Shown: positions 36,066 through 45,619, counted from the first letter of the stretch. The stretch is DNA of 64,000 bases from a virus (IMGVR_UViG_3300045988_125079:1-64000); one strand, 5' to 3'. Made by a program: numbers and translations. The notes: a model not told the origin generated them from the letters alone.

Positions 36066-37100
36066 TTAAATTTTTTTAGCTTTAGATGCCATCATACAAT
36101 AATCTGCGTAAGTCATCTCACTGCCGTATGATTTCATATGGCTTATTACATAATCAGATCCGTAAGTCAATTGATCCAGTCTCATCTGGTGAAAACTTTT
36201 TAATTTTCGAATCACGGAACTTCTTATATAAATATCTTTATACGGAGAATTATCTGGCAAAAGCATCGAAGCTTCTTTTTCGAAACTTATTAATTTGTGT
36301 GCGTAATGTACACTTATCTGATCCTGAACCATATTTCTTCTAACGACATTACGCACTAGATATGGACTATCTACATATTCAACTATTCGTGTTGTTTGTT
36401 TATCGCCAAGGTTTACAATTGCTTCATATCCAGTGCTAATGACTGAATTCCAAATTGTACGAAACGCAAAATCATTATCGATTGTAACAGTTTTAACTGA
36501 ATGATCTTCTTTATTTACATCTGTTTTTAAAAGATCTCTTATACTGTCAAAGTCAAATTGGTAATATAACAAAATAACAACCGTAGCTGTCATTGCGTAT
36601 CGTCCACCGTAAAATAAGTTTTGAACATAATTCATAAAGGATTCTTCGTCTTCAAAAATGAAATCGCTTTCATATTTATCATTTTTCTGAATCGCTTCAA
36701 CTTGTTTTGCGGTTATTTCTGATTTCGTACCAAAAGCATTCTTTTTAGGACTTGTCCTATTAACCATAACTCCATGGGTTTTATATGTTCGTGCATTAAT
36801 ATATTGATTTTCATAGCACCATAACACATAACTTTTCATTACGGCTGCAAGCCTTCTTTGTGTTCCGGAACATAAACTATTAAACCATAAAAGATATACA
36901 TCGTCCATTTCTGGAGAACCCAACGAAAATTCGCAAAAATCCTTGTTGTACCTTTTTTCAATAGGCCCAGTATGTCTGAAAACAGACAATACCGTATTCT
37001 CCCTGGATTTTTGTGTCTTGCCTGTTTCGCCCTGACCAACGTAAAAATCAATGAATTCGGCCTTTCTATCACGATTATAGATTTTATCATCTACATTCAT
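36066..37100 (-). CDS. hypothetical protein (own promoter and terminator)
   Basis: 344-aa ORF. The N-terminal third faintly resembles integrase core-binding (SAM-like) regions, but no catalytic RHRY was seen. Confidence 0.55.
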   Translation of the reverse strand: MNVDDKIYNRDRKAEFIDFYVGQGETGKTQKSRENTVLSVFRHTGPIEKRYNKDFCEFSLGSPEMDDVYLLWFNSLCSGTQRRLAAVMKSYVLWCYENQYINARTYKTHGVMVNRTSPKKNAFGTKSEITAKQVEAIQKNDKYESDFIFEDEESFMNYVQNLFYGGRYAMTATVVILLYYQFDFDSIRDLLKTDVNKEDHSVKTVTIDNDFAFRTIWNSVISTGYEAIVNLGDKQTTRIVEYVDSPYLVRNVVRRNMVQDQISVHYAHKLISFEKEASMLLPDNSPYKDIYIRSSVIRKLKSFHQMRLDQLTYGSDYVISHMKSYGSEMTYADYCMMASKAKKI

Positions 37101-37141
37101 TTCAGTTACTCCTCACACAGTGCGGTTTGTGTATTATTTAT

Positions 37142-37170
37142 ATTTTACACTATGTAAGAAGGTTTTGCAA
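37142..37170 (-). promoter_or_regulatory. sigma70/sigmaA-like promoter (TTGCAA-17-TAAAAT)
   Basis: -35 at 37165-37170 and -10 at 37142-37147, read on the minus strand, about 40 nt upstream of the ATG at 37100. Confidence 0.5.
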
Positions 37171-37192
37171 TGAAAAGATTTAAAATCTACGG

Positions 37193-37609
37193 TTATGCGA
37201 TAGCTTTTGGGTTGGTAGTTTGAGCCACCACATTCAGAAGCGGACATTGAATCATCATGGCGTTCACAGCCTTTGCCCAGTTTGCTTCAGTAAAAATGCC
37301 AATCGGCTCACTAAGCTGCAAATTGCGAATCGTATCTCTGCCCTCAACGACAAGAGTAGAGTCTTTCTTTAACCCTTCAACTTCGCCAGCCTTATAATCA
37401 ACATGAACAGGATTGCGACTGGCGGTTCGTTTTGTTGTAAACGGAATGACCTCGCATTGTCCAGATTTTTTGTTGTAAATATTGTTGGATACGATTAGAT
37501 ATGGATGAATTCCAATATACTTATGTACACTGGTTTTCGCTTCGCTTTCAGCTACATAGCCAAACCTAATCTCTCCGATCTTTGGGACGCTCTTGCCAGC
37601 CATGAACAT
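37193..37609 (-). CDS. MazF/PemK-family (CcdB/MazF fold) endoribonuclease-like protein
   Basis: GEIRFGYV...IGIHPYLIVSNNIYNKKSGQCEVIPFTTK...STLVVEGRDTIRNLQLSEPIGIF follows the PemK pattern. ATG at 37609 is preceded by AAGGAGG. Confidence 0.6.
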   Translation of the reverse strand: MFMAGKSVPKIGEIRFGYVAESEAKTSVHKYIGIHPYLIVSNNIYNKKSGQCEVIPFTTKRTASRNPVHVDYKAGEVEGLKKDSTLVVEGRDTIRNLQLSEPIGIFTEANWAKAVNAMMIQCPLLNVVAQTTNPKAIA

Positions 37610-37651
37610 ATTTATGACCTCCTTGTTTATGGCTTGTCTTTTCATGGTCCC

Positions 37652-37680
37652 ATTATATCACTCTAAAGGGTAGTTGTCAA
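37652..37680 (-). promoter_or_regulatory. perfect-consensus sigma70 promoter TTGACA-17-TATAAT
   Basis: TTGACA (37675-37680) and TATAAT (37652-37657) on the minus strand with an exactly 17-nt spacer, upstream of the MazF-like gene. Confidence 0.65.
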
Positions 37681-37704
37681 CCGTTTGTGACTATTTGTGA
37701 TGAT

Positions 37705-38037
37705 TTATTTAAATCTACCTTTTAGAAGTTCAAACCTTATAGATTCTTTTGAAAGATCGGATTTTGTAATAACCTCAGTTTTTCTCCCATTTTCAAAGAT
37801 CTCGCATTGGAATTTATTTCCAGTTATAACAAATCCAGCCTCTTCTTGTAACTCAGGGTTAACATTATAAAGTGTCCCCCAAATCGCGTAGCTTTTCTTT
37901 CTTTTTATCAATTCAAGATTTTGGGACCGTATTCTAACATAAAGACCATTATCTTCATCACCTCCTCCCCATATAAATATATTTGAAAATGACATAAGAT
38001 AATTAAAAAACTCTTCCGCAGTAAAAGTCTTTATCAT
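37705..38037 (-). CDS. hypothetical protein
   Basis: 110-aa ORF with AAAGGGG RBS. A TTGATT-17-TAAAAT-like promoter can be read in 38038-38148. Confidence 0.5.
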   Translation of the reverse strand: MIKTFTAEEFFNYLMSFSNIFIWGGGDEDNGLYVRIRSQNLELIKRKKSYAIWGTLYNVNPELQEEAGFVITGNKFQCEIFENGRKTEVITKSDLSKESIRFELLKGRFK

Positions 38038-38148
38038 TTTTTTGTTTCCCCTTTAAACAACCGCATTTTGTTAATTCTCTGCGGACTTCTCTTTTCGGTT
38101 GTTATTTTACCATATTATAGTTGTAAAATCAATAGAATTAGTTGTTCT

Positions 38149-38547
38149 TTATCTCAGCTTCTGCATCCACTTCCGCGAAATCTCGTTCTGATGTAGATAA
38201 TAAGTAACTCCCGTCACGTCATTCACAACCACATCATCATACGGGATACCCTTTTCATTAAGGTGAGCGATGAACCAACGCTTGGTCAGATAACACATCG
38301 GAGTTTTCCAAGGGTCGCCATAATCCAGTTTGCATTTTTTACAAGCATTATAATGGTTGCCGCACATATCCCACCACTCTTTACGAACACGCTCTCGCAT
38401 CCGCAGCACGTCTGGTGTGCCGACATATCCCATCTCTTCAACAGCTTTATGTACGGCTTTCTTCTGTTTGATGGATTGACCGGCATTGATGCCCGCACTG
38501 GCACCCAAACCCAACAGACCTAAAACGAACGAAGCAGCTCCACTCAT
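38149..38547 (-). CDS. membrane-anchored hypothetical protein
   Basis: N-terminal hydrophobic GAASFVLGLLGLGASAGINAG. Confidence 0.5.
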   Translation of the reverse strand: MSGAASFVLGLLGLGASAGINAGQSIKQKKAVHKAVEEMGYVGTPDVLRMRERVRKEWWDMCGNHYNACKKCKLDYGDPWKTPMCYLTKRWFIAHLNEKGIPYDDVVVNDVTGVTYYLHQNEISRKWMQKLR

Positions 38548-38564
38548 GATGTTTTCCTCCTTGA

Positions 38565-38870
38565 TTATTCCATTGCAGTTTCAAGATCAAAAGTCGCACT
38601 CTCGAAGTCTCCATCAAGAGCATAAAGTATATTTTCAATATGATTAGATGCGCTAGAAAGATAATCACAGGCTCGGTCTGCTTTATCATATCTTTCACCA
38701 TCCTGAAGATTTTCTGGGATATTGTCTCGATAATTTTCTTCTTCATCCAAAATGTTATCGATTGTATCCTTTGTATTTTCTAAATCTTGCAATAAGTCAT
38801 TCATCTTTTGCTCAAGCTCATTTAGATGGTTAATAGTACCTTGAATTGCTTTTCTACGTTCTTTATTCAT
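38565..38870 (-). CDS. acidic coiled-coil hypothetical protein
   Basis: Co-directional 101-aa ORF. Confidence 0.5.
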   Translation of the reverse strand: MNKERRKAIQGTINHLNELEQKMNDLLQDLENTKDTIDNILDEEENYRDNIPENLQDGERYDKADRACDYLSSASNHIENILYALDGDFESATFDLETAME

Positions 38871-38879
38871 TATTATTCC

Positions 38880-39506
38880 TTATTCAAACAGATCATTACG
38901 AATCCTTGGACGATATACACGATTTTCAGACCAGTCAATTGCTTTTTGGACCTTCCCTGTTCCCCAATCTCTTAAGGTGAAATAAGCAATACCTTCTAAA
39001 AGCTCTTTGATATCTTTACAATCACGTCGTTTCATTCTAGCTTTTTTCAACTCATTCTCAAGATAGCATCGTCTTACTGCGTTCGAATTTTGGAGTTCTA
39101 TTGCATGTTCAATGTCTGTGATCTCCAAACATGCCTCTTTTAATTCTTTACAGATGTCATTATATGTATCATTCAATCGCCCCAGAGTATCGTCAACGGC
39201 TAAAAGTCCTGCTTTTACTCCAGCCAATCTTTCTGAGTCCGGAACTTTTGTACGCACTCCTTCGACATGTTCGAACTCGTTATCTTCAATTTCGCAGGGT
39301 GGAACTGTTCCGCCATTTTCTGCGATCTCTTTCTTAGTAACAGCCCGATATCCTTTTCCTCGAAAAATATTAGGAAAACAATTTAACTGCTTTTTTACCC
39401 TGTCTTCATCGTAAACACAGGCTTCACTCAGTTTTGGAGTTTCAACTAGAACATTATCCTTGGTTCTCTTTAAAAACGTGGTCCCATTTGTGATAACATA
39501 ATCCAA
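38880..39506 (-). CDS. hypothetical protein
   Basis: Co-directional 208-aa ORF. Confidence 0.5.
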   Translation of the reverse strand: MDYVITNGTTFLKRTKDNVLVETPKLSEACVYDEDRVKKQLNCFPNIFRGKGYRAVTKKEIAENGGTVPPCEIEDNEFEHVEGVRTKVPDSERLAGVKAGLLAVDDTLGRLNDTYNDICKELKEACLEITDIEHAIELQNSNAVRRCYLENELKKARMKRRDCKDIKELLEGIAYFTLRDWGTGKVQKAIDWSENRVYRPRIRNDLFE

Positions 39507-39548
39507 AAATTATCATCCTCCTACCTTATTATAATAGAGGTCTACAAA

Positions 39549-40157
39549 TTAATGTTCCTTTAACACTACTGACTGTCCTTTTTCAAGTGCCCAACAATTT
39601 TTGCCTGCATAAGCGCAATCTTCACAATGACCAGAACATTCACACGCATCTGTAGGAGCTTCACATATACCATTCTTGAATGAAATGTATGCAACTGGAA
39701 GATTGTAGGGATTATTCATATTATAATTGGGCCAAAAAGAAAACAGAATATGTAAATTATTGGGTATTTTATTATCTGTAGCCAAATACTCGTTGATAAG
39801 ATCATATTTTTTAGTGAATGCCAAAAACTGGGTGCGAGGCAACTTAATTGCAATTCGACACATCATTTCAAAATAGCGCCTGTCCACGATGTCGCCACTT
39901 ACATGCCATCTAAAATAAAAAGACCCATAGGCGGCCGCAGTTGCTTGAACTTCAAAGCCGTCAGGGTCTGATAACCACAAATTCAAATTGTTGTCATAAG
40001 CGTTCCGCACAACACCTCTCCAGTCGAAATGACGGACATAACATGTCTTTGCGCATGGAACGCCCGGAGCACACGTTGCAATACGAGGCATCGAAATTGA
40101 TTTGATACTCCCCATTTTGCTGTTTGCGTTCGACACTGACAGCTTTAACATATTCAA
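39549..40157 (-). CDS. Cys-rich phage protein (GP88-family-like, tentative)
   Basis: N-terminal SMPRIATCAPGVPCAKTCY and C-terminal CECSGHCEDCAY. Family assignment is from memory only. Confidence 0.4.
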   Translation of the reverse strand: MNMLKLSVSNANSKMGSIKSISMPRIATCAPGVPCAKTCYVRHFDWRGVVRNAYDNNLNLWLSDPDGFEVQATAAAYGSFYFRWHVSGDIVDRRYFEMMCRIAIKLPRTQFLAFTKKYDLINEYLATDNKIPNNLHILFSFWPNYNMNNPYNLPVAYISFKNGICEAPTDACECSGHCEDCAYAGKNCWALEKGQSVVLKEH

Positions 40158-40225
40158 TTCTTCACGGCCTCTCTCCGAAGCCGCACTCCTTCCTTATTAT
40201 AATAGCACTGTATTAGTCCAATAAT

Positions 40226-40372
40226 TTAGATATCTAGAACCGGTTCATCAGGCACCAAAGGATCGAATCTCGCTTCCACGTCCAAATCGTAATGATATGG
40301 GATGCCAAGACGATCTAGTTCTTCCTTGAAAATTTCAGCCAATTCATCCGGTGTATAGTCTTCGATTTTCAT
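40226..40372 (-). CDS. hypothetical small acidic protein (48 aa)
   Basis: Hand translation gives MKIEDYTPDELAEIFKEELDRLGIPYHYDLDVEARFDPLVPDEPVLDI. Starts 2 nt after the upstream stop. Confidence 0.3.
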   Translation of the reverse strand: MKIEDYTPDELAEIFKEELDRLGIPYHYDLDVEARFDPLVPDEPVLDI

Positions 40373-40373
40373 T

Positions 40374-41159
40374 TCACACTACCTTTAATGCCATTCGATT
40401 GATAGTAACAACTAACTCGTTGACACGGTTTCTATCGATGGTGTCCGGCAAAGCAGTGTTCGCCTTATCGTACTGCAGGCGTTTTTCATATTCTTTGTGG
40501 AAATCTTTTACATCATGCTTGATATAACCGTTTGTAGCCTGGAATTCACCGTTTCGAGCCATCATCAATAGGTCGTGGTTTTCCGCTCGATTCGTAATGA
40601 TTTCACCCTTTTCCAAGATGTCAAATACCGTGAGATAAAGACGAATCATATTCATGATGGTTTTGTTCATTCGCTTCTTGGTGATCTGATCTTCTGGGTG
40701 TTGATTACACCATTCGCCCAAAGTGACTGCCTTCTTGAACAATTTATCTGCAAAGCCACCAAACGAATACACGACCTGTCTGGACAGGAACAACTTCTTA
40801 TTATCTATCAAAAGCTTTGTGGCCGGATGATAGCTTATAACGAGATCATCAACATTTCCAAGCTGCTCCAGCATGTTCGGATTGCCGCTACACATGAGCT
40901 TAACTGCTTTATTGAAGCTAAATACCGTTGTATCAGTGGTTTCATCGACCCAGTGATCGAACGTGTCCATGCCAAGCAGCTCATATTCTGTATTAAGCGC
41001 GACACCACGGATATCCACATCAGATCCTGCTACATTCGTTCCATAAGCATGGCTACCGCCAATAGTCAGAAACATCAAATGCTTGCTTAGGTGTGGATCA
41101 GTACGTAGAAAATCATACGGTTTGCTATCAATAATACGTTGTAATTCTTCTCGTGTCAT
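40374..41159 (-). CDS. Pol-beta-superfamily nucleotidyltransferase
   Basis: GGSHAYGTNVAGSDVDIRGV gives the GS...DxD motif. ATG at 41159 is preceded by AAAGAGGTGG. Confidence 0.7.
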   Translation of the reverse strand: MTREELQRIIDSKPYDFLRTDPHLSKHLMFLTIGGSHAYGTNVAGSDVDIRGVALNTEYELLGMDTFDHWVDETTDTTVFSFNKAVKLMCSGNPNMLEQLGNVDDLVISYHPATKLLIDNKKLFLSRQVVYSFGGFADKLFKKAVTLGEWCNQHPEDQITKKRMNKTIMNMIRLYLTVFDILEKGEIITNRAENHDLLMMARNGEFQATNGYIKHDVKDFHKEYEKRLQYDKANTALPDTIDRNRVNELVVTINRMALKVV

Positions 41160-41250
41160 TTTTACCACCTCTTTACGTTTTAGATTATTAACATCACAGC
41201 AATAAAACAAAATGCCCACATCGGAACAATTAACCATACCCAATCAAGGC

Positions 41251-41281
41251 AAAAATCAATAAATTGAGATAATAATCTCAA
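41251..41281 (-). terminator. weak A/U-rich rho-independent terminator candidate
   Basis: UUGAGAU-UAUU-AUCUCAA followed by UUUAUUGAUUUUU, 11 nt after the stop of 41293..42132. Confidence 0.35.
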
Positions 41282-41292
41282 AATAAAGTTCA

Positions 41293-42132
41293 TCATAACC
41301 CTGTTTGCACCGTATCAAATTCGATCGTCTCTCCTGTTTCTTTATTGACACCATACCCTACCACATGAACGATATAAGCCGGCCAGCGCTCTTTGTTTTC
41401 ATCAATGGCGATACGAACAGTACCTTTGAAATTTTTGATCCAAGTTACACACCAAGGCTTTTCAAGATGATCATTGTATTTTGGATTAAACTTTAAGACG
41501 GAGACCAAATCAGCCACACATACCATACCGGCATCTGCGCAGAATTCGCCCAGTTTAACCTTCGTTTCTGGCACGAATGTAGTACAACCCCAATCACCGT
41601 AGTAAGTATTGGACTCTATTCCAATGATGCCATGGCTGCTGATATCGCAACATTCAAATTTTCTCCGCTCGTCATTTGACATATTATGAGACAGATAACA
41701 TGGATCTGTAATGATAATATCCCCATCAAACTCCATAATACCATCTTCTGCTTCAAGATAACGATCTTTATATTCTAAGAATTCTTCATATTTTTCTGCC
41801 ATATCTCGCAGTTTTTCAAATTCCTTCGAGATTTTCTTCAGCGTTTCATCGGGATCTGCACCCCTTTCGATATCATGCTTAATATACCATTTCACAAAAA
41901 AAGAGCCACTATCCGTTTCTGTAACCAATCTATGTACATCGAAACTGTCTGGTTCCTCGTTAAGCTTTGCAAGCGCCTCAAACAGTTTTATCTCGACATC
42001 AACAACACGACGATCAATAGTGCTCTTAACCCATTCAGGAATTCGATTCCATTCATCTACCAATGCCTGTGGATAATCTTTAAACTGTTCATGATATTCT
42101 TTATTCTTCTGTTCTACCCATTCATGTGTCAT
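41293..42132 (-). CDS. hypothetical protein
   Basis: ATG at 42132 is preceded by AGGAGAA. Confidence 0.5.
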   Translation of the reverse strand: MTHEWVEQKNKEYHEQFKDYPQALVDEWNRIPEWVKSTIDRRVVDVEIKLFEALAKLNEEPDSFDVHRLVTETDSGSFFVKWYIKHDIERGADPDETLKKISKEFEKLRDMAEKYEEFLEYKDRYLEAEDGIMEFDGDIIITDPCYLSHNMSNDERRKFECCDISSHGIIGIESNTYYGDWGCTTFVPETKVKLGEFCADAGMVCVADLVSVLKFNPKYNDHLEKPWCVTWIKNFKGTVRIAIDENKERWPAYIVHVVGYGVNKETGETIEFDTVQTGL

Positions 42133-42134
42133 AT

Positions 42135-42650
42135 TTATTCTCCTATCAGATTCGGATTCGTTGAATTCCAAATTTCTTGAGACGTATTTTCGCCATCATC
42201 CGACAGTTTATCGACCCAAGCATTGAGCACCTCACGGTACACTGTCATATTTGGACAAAAATGACTGTTGGTGAATACCGGCATATCGTCATTGCACAGA
42301 ATTCTCATGATAGCAGCACACACAGCGGCGGATCTCGATACACCAGCAGCACAATTCACGCAGAACCAATCGGTCTTATCTGCTTCGTGGTTATCCAAGA
42401 CAAAATTTACAATATTCCTAGCTTGAACATTCGTAATACATGTACCTTCCAGATTGGTGGTACAATCATCAAACTTCAGTGGTAAGAACGTAATGTTGCC
42501 TTCGCACTTCTGAAAATTGATATGATAACCATTCGCCTCAGTAATAGAGATAAACCGAATTCGTTCAAAATGCGATTCTTGAATAAACTTTTCTGCTTCG
42601 TCGGCGCTCATAACGGAGAACTTCCATTTGCCACGATACATGGTAATCAT
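42135..42650 (-). CDS. Cys-based (dual-specificity/PTP-like) phosphatase
   Basis: VNCAAGVSRSAAV is the CX5R(S/T) P-loop. ATG at 42650 is preceded by GGAGGG. Confidence 0.7.
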   Translation of the reverse strand: MITMYRGKWKFSVMSADEAEKFIQESHFERIRFISITEANGYHINFQKCEGNITFLPLKFDDCTTNLEGTCITNVQARNIVNFVLDNHEADKTDWFCVNCAAGVSRSAAVCAAIMRILCNDDMPVFTNSHFCPNMTVYREVLNAWVDKLSDDGENTSQEIWNSTNPNLIGE

Positions 42651-42651
42651 T

Positions 42652-43230
42652 TTATCCCTCCTCGATACCGAATAGTTCTTCGCCAAATAAGAAAAACTCT
42701 CCGCCAGTCAGTTCGTCATTCACGTCATTTAATTGATCAAACCTAAAATGAGACGGATCAATATTGATATGTTTGAAACCGGCCTCTGGCATATCCAAGT
42801 CATCACCATAACTGGAAATATAATCATCCAGACATTCGTAATACTGATAGCAACTGTTATAAATCTCCTGTTCATCATAATCAATCGTCATTTCTCCACA
42901 AGCAAAATGCAACTGATCATTCATTCCAAACTCGGAAATAGCAATCAAGCCGTCACTACCATTTACATTGTCCTTTTTAATGACTCCATTTGGATACACA
43001 TCTTCAAAATAAGACCAATCAGATGAATCAACGCCACCACCGTTCTGTTCGATATGATGCTTCAACTTGAGAATTAGGTCATCTTTTGTTGTGCAGCTCC
43101 CCCAGTTAACGAATTGTATGAGTTCATCTGCAATTGTTAAAGACGGCCATGTGTATGCACCCCAACGATAATGAATCGTAGCGATATCTTCGCCAAAAGC
43201 GTGAATCTTAACAACTAACGGTTGACTCAT
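42652..43230 (-). CDS. hypothetical protein
   Basis: Co-directional 192-aa ORF. Confidence 0.5.
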   Translation of the reverse strand: MSQPLVVKIHAFGEDIATIHYRWGAYTWPSLTIADELIQFVNWGSCTTKDDLILKLKHHIEQNGGGVDSSDWSYFEDVYPNGVIKKDNVNGSDGLIAISEFGMNDQLHFACGEMTIDYDEQEIYNSCYQYYECLDDYISSYGDDLDMPEAGFKHINIDPSHFRFDQLNDVNDELTGGEFFLFGEELFGIEEG

Positions 43231-43544
43231 TATTTCAATTTCCCTTCTTGATATAATCTTCTTTTATATTCTCGAACTTTTCGAATCGTCTTTGCCCGTT
43301 CTTCTCGATCTTGCTTATAATTCATCCAATGATTTTTTATGTACTCATCGTTTTTTGCTTTTGATTCTTCATTTACAATCAACAAAATAGTTTTATGAGA
43401 TACATTATACTCTCGTGCAAGTTTTCGAAGTGAATATGTACCAGTTTGATATTTACGAAGTATTTCTGTCTTTTTTTCGGAAGTTAATTTTACACGCCGA
43501 TCTTGTTGCTCAGACAAGCGAATATTCTGCCACTTACTCGCCAT
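43230..43544 (-). CDS. small HTH DNA-binding protein
   Basis: TEILRKYQTGTYSLRKLAREYNVSHKTILLIV. The start is uncertain (track start 43718 overlaps the upstream gene). Confidence 0.45.
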   Translation of the reverse strand: MASKWQNIRLSEQQDRRVKLTSEKKTEILRKYQTGTYSLRKLAREYNVSHKTILLIVNEESKAKNDEYIKNHWMNYKQDREERAKTIRKVREYKRRLYQEGKLK

Positions 43545-43866
43545 CTTCCTCAACCACCGGTCCAAAGTATTCGCCAAGCACTTCATCCCAAATTTCGTTT
43601 TCAGGGACATTGCAATCAAACTCATCCATAAAACGACTGGCGAGATAGTCAATATCTTCAATTGCATCATCGTAAGATACACCGTATTCCTTTTCAAACG
43701 CGTTCTTATCGCCGTCAAGCCATTCTAGGCGCTCATCAATAAATCGCTTTGCATCCATTTCACGATAGTGTGCTTCCTGATACCGATACGCCGCTTCAAT
43801 CTGATCTTCATTCATGACATAAGATGCTCCAGTAACACTGCTTACAACCACGATGTCTTTATCCAT
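43534..43866 (-). CDS. acidic hypothetical protein
   Basis: Co-directional 110-aa ORF. Confidence 0.5.
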   Translation of the reverse strand: MDKDIVVVSSVTGASYVMNEDQIEAAYRYQEAHYREMDAKRFIDERLEWLDGDKNAFEKEYGVSYDDAIEDIDYLASRFMDEFDCNVPENEIWDEVLGEYFGPVVEEDGE

Positions 43867-43868
43867 AA

Positions 43869-44036
43869 TTATCCCTTTACTGCCTCAATACACACTAACT
43901 CATCTTCATAGTCGTTCATTTCGTTTTCATCGTACATAATCTTAGCAATTTTTTCAGCTTCTTCTTTTGAGTTTGCTTCAACAACGGTTTCATAATATCT
44001 AATTGCTGAAGCATAAACCGTATATTTATATTTCAT
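43869..44036 (-). CDS. hypothetical small protein (55 aa)
   Basis: Hand translation gives MKYKYTVYASAIRYYETVVEANSKEEAEKIAKIMYDENEMNDYEDELVCIEAVKG. TAATG overlap with the upstream stop. Confidence 0.3.
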   Translation of the reverse strand: MKYKYTVYASAIRYYETVVEANSKEEAEKIAKIMYDENEMNDYEDELVCIEAVKG

Positions 44037-44299
44037 TAAAAATACTCCTTCAGTGTTTCCTCCAAATATTCAAATCCGTTATAATCTTCAATGATTTCAT
44101 AATGCCCTGGTTCTACCCATCCACCACAGCACAAACACAAAACTCGATCGTCATTAAAAATAATGCCAAAGTGAATATCATCCGGTTCATCGAGATCCTT
44201 AAATTTAATCAGGCTCCTTGCTTCCATCTTTACACCGTCCAACAATTGTCTTATACTCCAGCAATATGACTTGCCATCATGTCCGCTGTGTGTGTCCAC
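44036..44299 (-). CDS. hypothetical protein (start uncertain)
   Basis: Co-directional ORF. An internal ATG at 44227 would remove the overlap with the HD gene. Confidence 0.4.
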   Translation of the reverse strand: MDTHSGHDGKSYCWSIRQLLDGVKMEARSLIKFKDLDEPDDIHFGIIFNDDRVLCLCCGGWVEPGHYEIIEDYNGFEYLEETLKEYF

Positions 44300-44811
44300 A
44301 ACACATTCTGAAATTGACCAATGGCTCGATTATAATACTTCCATTCGTTTGTATCTGTCTCATAGGCACCCATATGCCATCGAATGCATGCAACTTCTTC
44401 CTCTGTCAGGGTGATAACACTCGCCAGCATACAGATGGATTTTTCGCCATGATGACTGAAAATAGAATCGTTCAGATACTCATATGTTCCTTTATCCGGA
44501 ATAAAAAGATACTGATCTGTTTTGCAAACATCATGCAACAGCCCAATTAGATACGGAGAGCGTGGATTTCCCCATTTCAGTCCTAACTTATCTGTCAGCG
44601 AAACAAGAGCCTTAACAACAGCGATGCTATGCTCTGCCAAACCACATGGATGAGAACCATGATATTTTGCAGATGCAGGAGCTACCCAAAAATTATGATG
44701 ATTTAGCCACTGAGTGAGTTTCATATAATCATCCCATGTTAAATACTTTTTCAAATCTTCATAAATTTCGTTTTTGAGTTCAACTTGCTTCTTTTCAATT
44801 TCTTCGTTCAT
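44251..44811 (-). CDS. HD-superfamily phosphohydrolase
   Basis: KYHGSHPCGLAEHSIAV ... LIGLLHDVCK gives H...HD. Confidence 0.7.
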   Translation of the reverse strand: MNEEIEKKQVELKNEIYEDLKKYLTWDDYMKLTQWLNHHNFWVAPASAKYHGSHPCGLAEHSIAVVKALVSLTDKLGLKWGNPRSPYLIGLLHDVCKTDQYLFIPDKGTYEYLNDSIFSHHGEKSICMLASVITLTEEEVACIRWHMGAYETDTNEWKYYNRAIGQFQNVLWTHTADMMASHIAGV

Positions 44812-44813
44812 TT

Positions 44814-45029
44814 TTATTCTCCTTTGCTTTTTAAAATATCTTTACGTACCCAACTTTCAAAACTCTCTACTACTTCATCGTCAAGCTCGTATTGATAATA
44901 AAAATCAACTTCACCATGAACATCAATACGATACATAGCCATAACGAAACCGTATTTTTCATTTGAAGCGTTAACATATCCGATTGTGCAATATCCTTTA
45001 TGTTGCTCGCATTGATCAAGTTTCCACAT
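44814..45029 (-). CDS. hypothetical protein
   Basis: Co-directional 71-aa ORF. Confidence 0.4.
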   Translation of the reverse strand: MWKLDQCEQHKGYCTIGYVNASNEKYGFVMAMYRIDVHGEVDFYYQYELDDEVVESFESWVRKDILKSKGE

Positions 45030-45038
45030 ATAAACCTC

Positions 45039-45302
45039 TTAATCCTGACAAATATCTCCGTCCTCAAATCGAACCGAGGCTACATAGTTTTCATCATTCT
45101 TTTTATATCCAACAGTTTGAATATTGCCAAATGTTGAATTATATTCCGTTATTGATACCAAATTATTCCAGTCTACATTCACACCATCTTCAGAAAAGAA
45201 GATGCCGATACCAGGATAATCTTCTGTTTCACCAGTTGGACGGCACACAAGGTATCCACCGGGAATCTTGATTTTCATATCTATTTCATTAATAGGGATC
45301 AT
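45039..45302 (-). CDS. hypothetical protein
   Basis: Co-directional 87-aa ORF. Confidence 0.4.
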   Translation of the reverse strand: MIPINEIDMKIKIPGGYLVCRPTGETEDYPGIGIFFSEDGVNVDWNNLVSITEYNSTFGNIQTVGYKKNDENYVASVRFEDGDICQD

Positions 45303-45332
45303 ATTATCATCTCCAACAAAAGCATGATTCCA

Positions 45333-45536
45333 TTACTCAACATCTTCGAACTCACAATTTTCTTCATCTAGCTCATCACTGTCGGTAATGTATTCAAGAG
45401 TTCCAAGGGGAATTTTAGTGATATGTTCTTTCGCATATTTAATAGCTTCATCAATATTCATACTATCAGGAACATCAATAAAACTATTATAAACGGCCAT
45501 ACAATTTACAGTTACAGCCAATCTTTTCATACTCAT
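45333..45536 (-). CDS. hypothetical acidic protein
   Basis: Co-directional 67-aa ORF. Confidence 0.4.
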   Translation of the reverse strand: MSMKRLAVTVNCMAVYNSFIDVPDSMNIDEAIKYAKEHITKIPLGTLEYITDSDELDEENCEFEDVE

Positions 45537-45619
45537 CTGCTCCTTTATTATGTTTTATTGTTTTGTATTGGCAGCGGTTATGCCTGCCCCAGTACCGCCA
45601 ATCACCTGGCATACGATTT

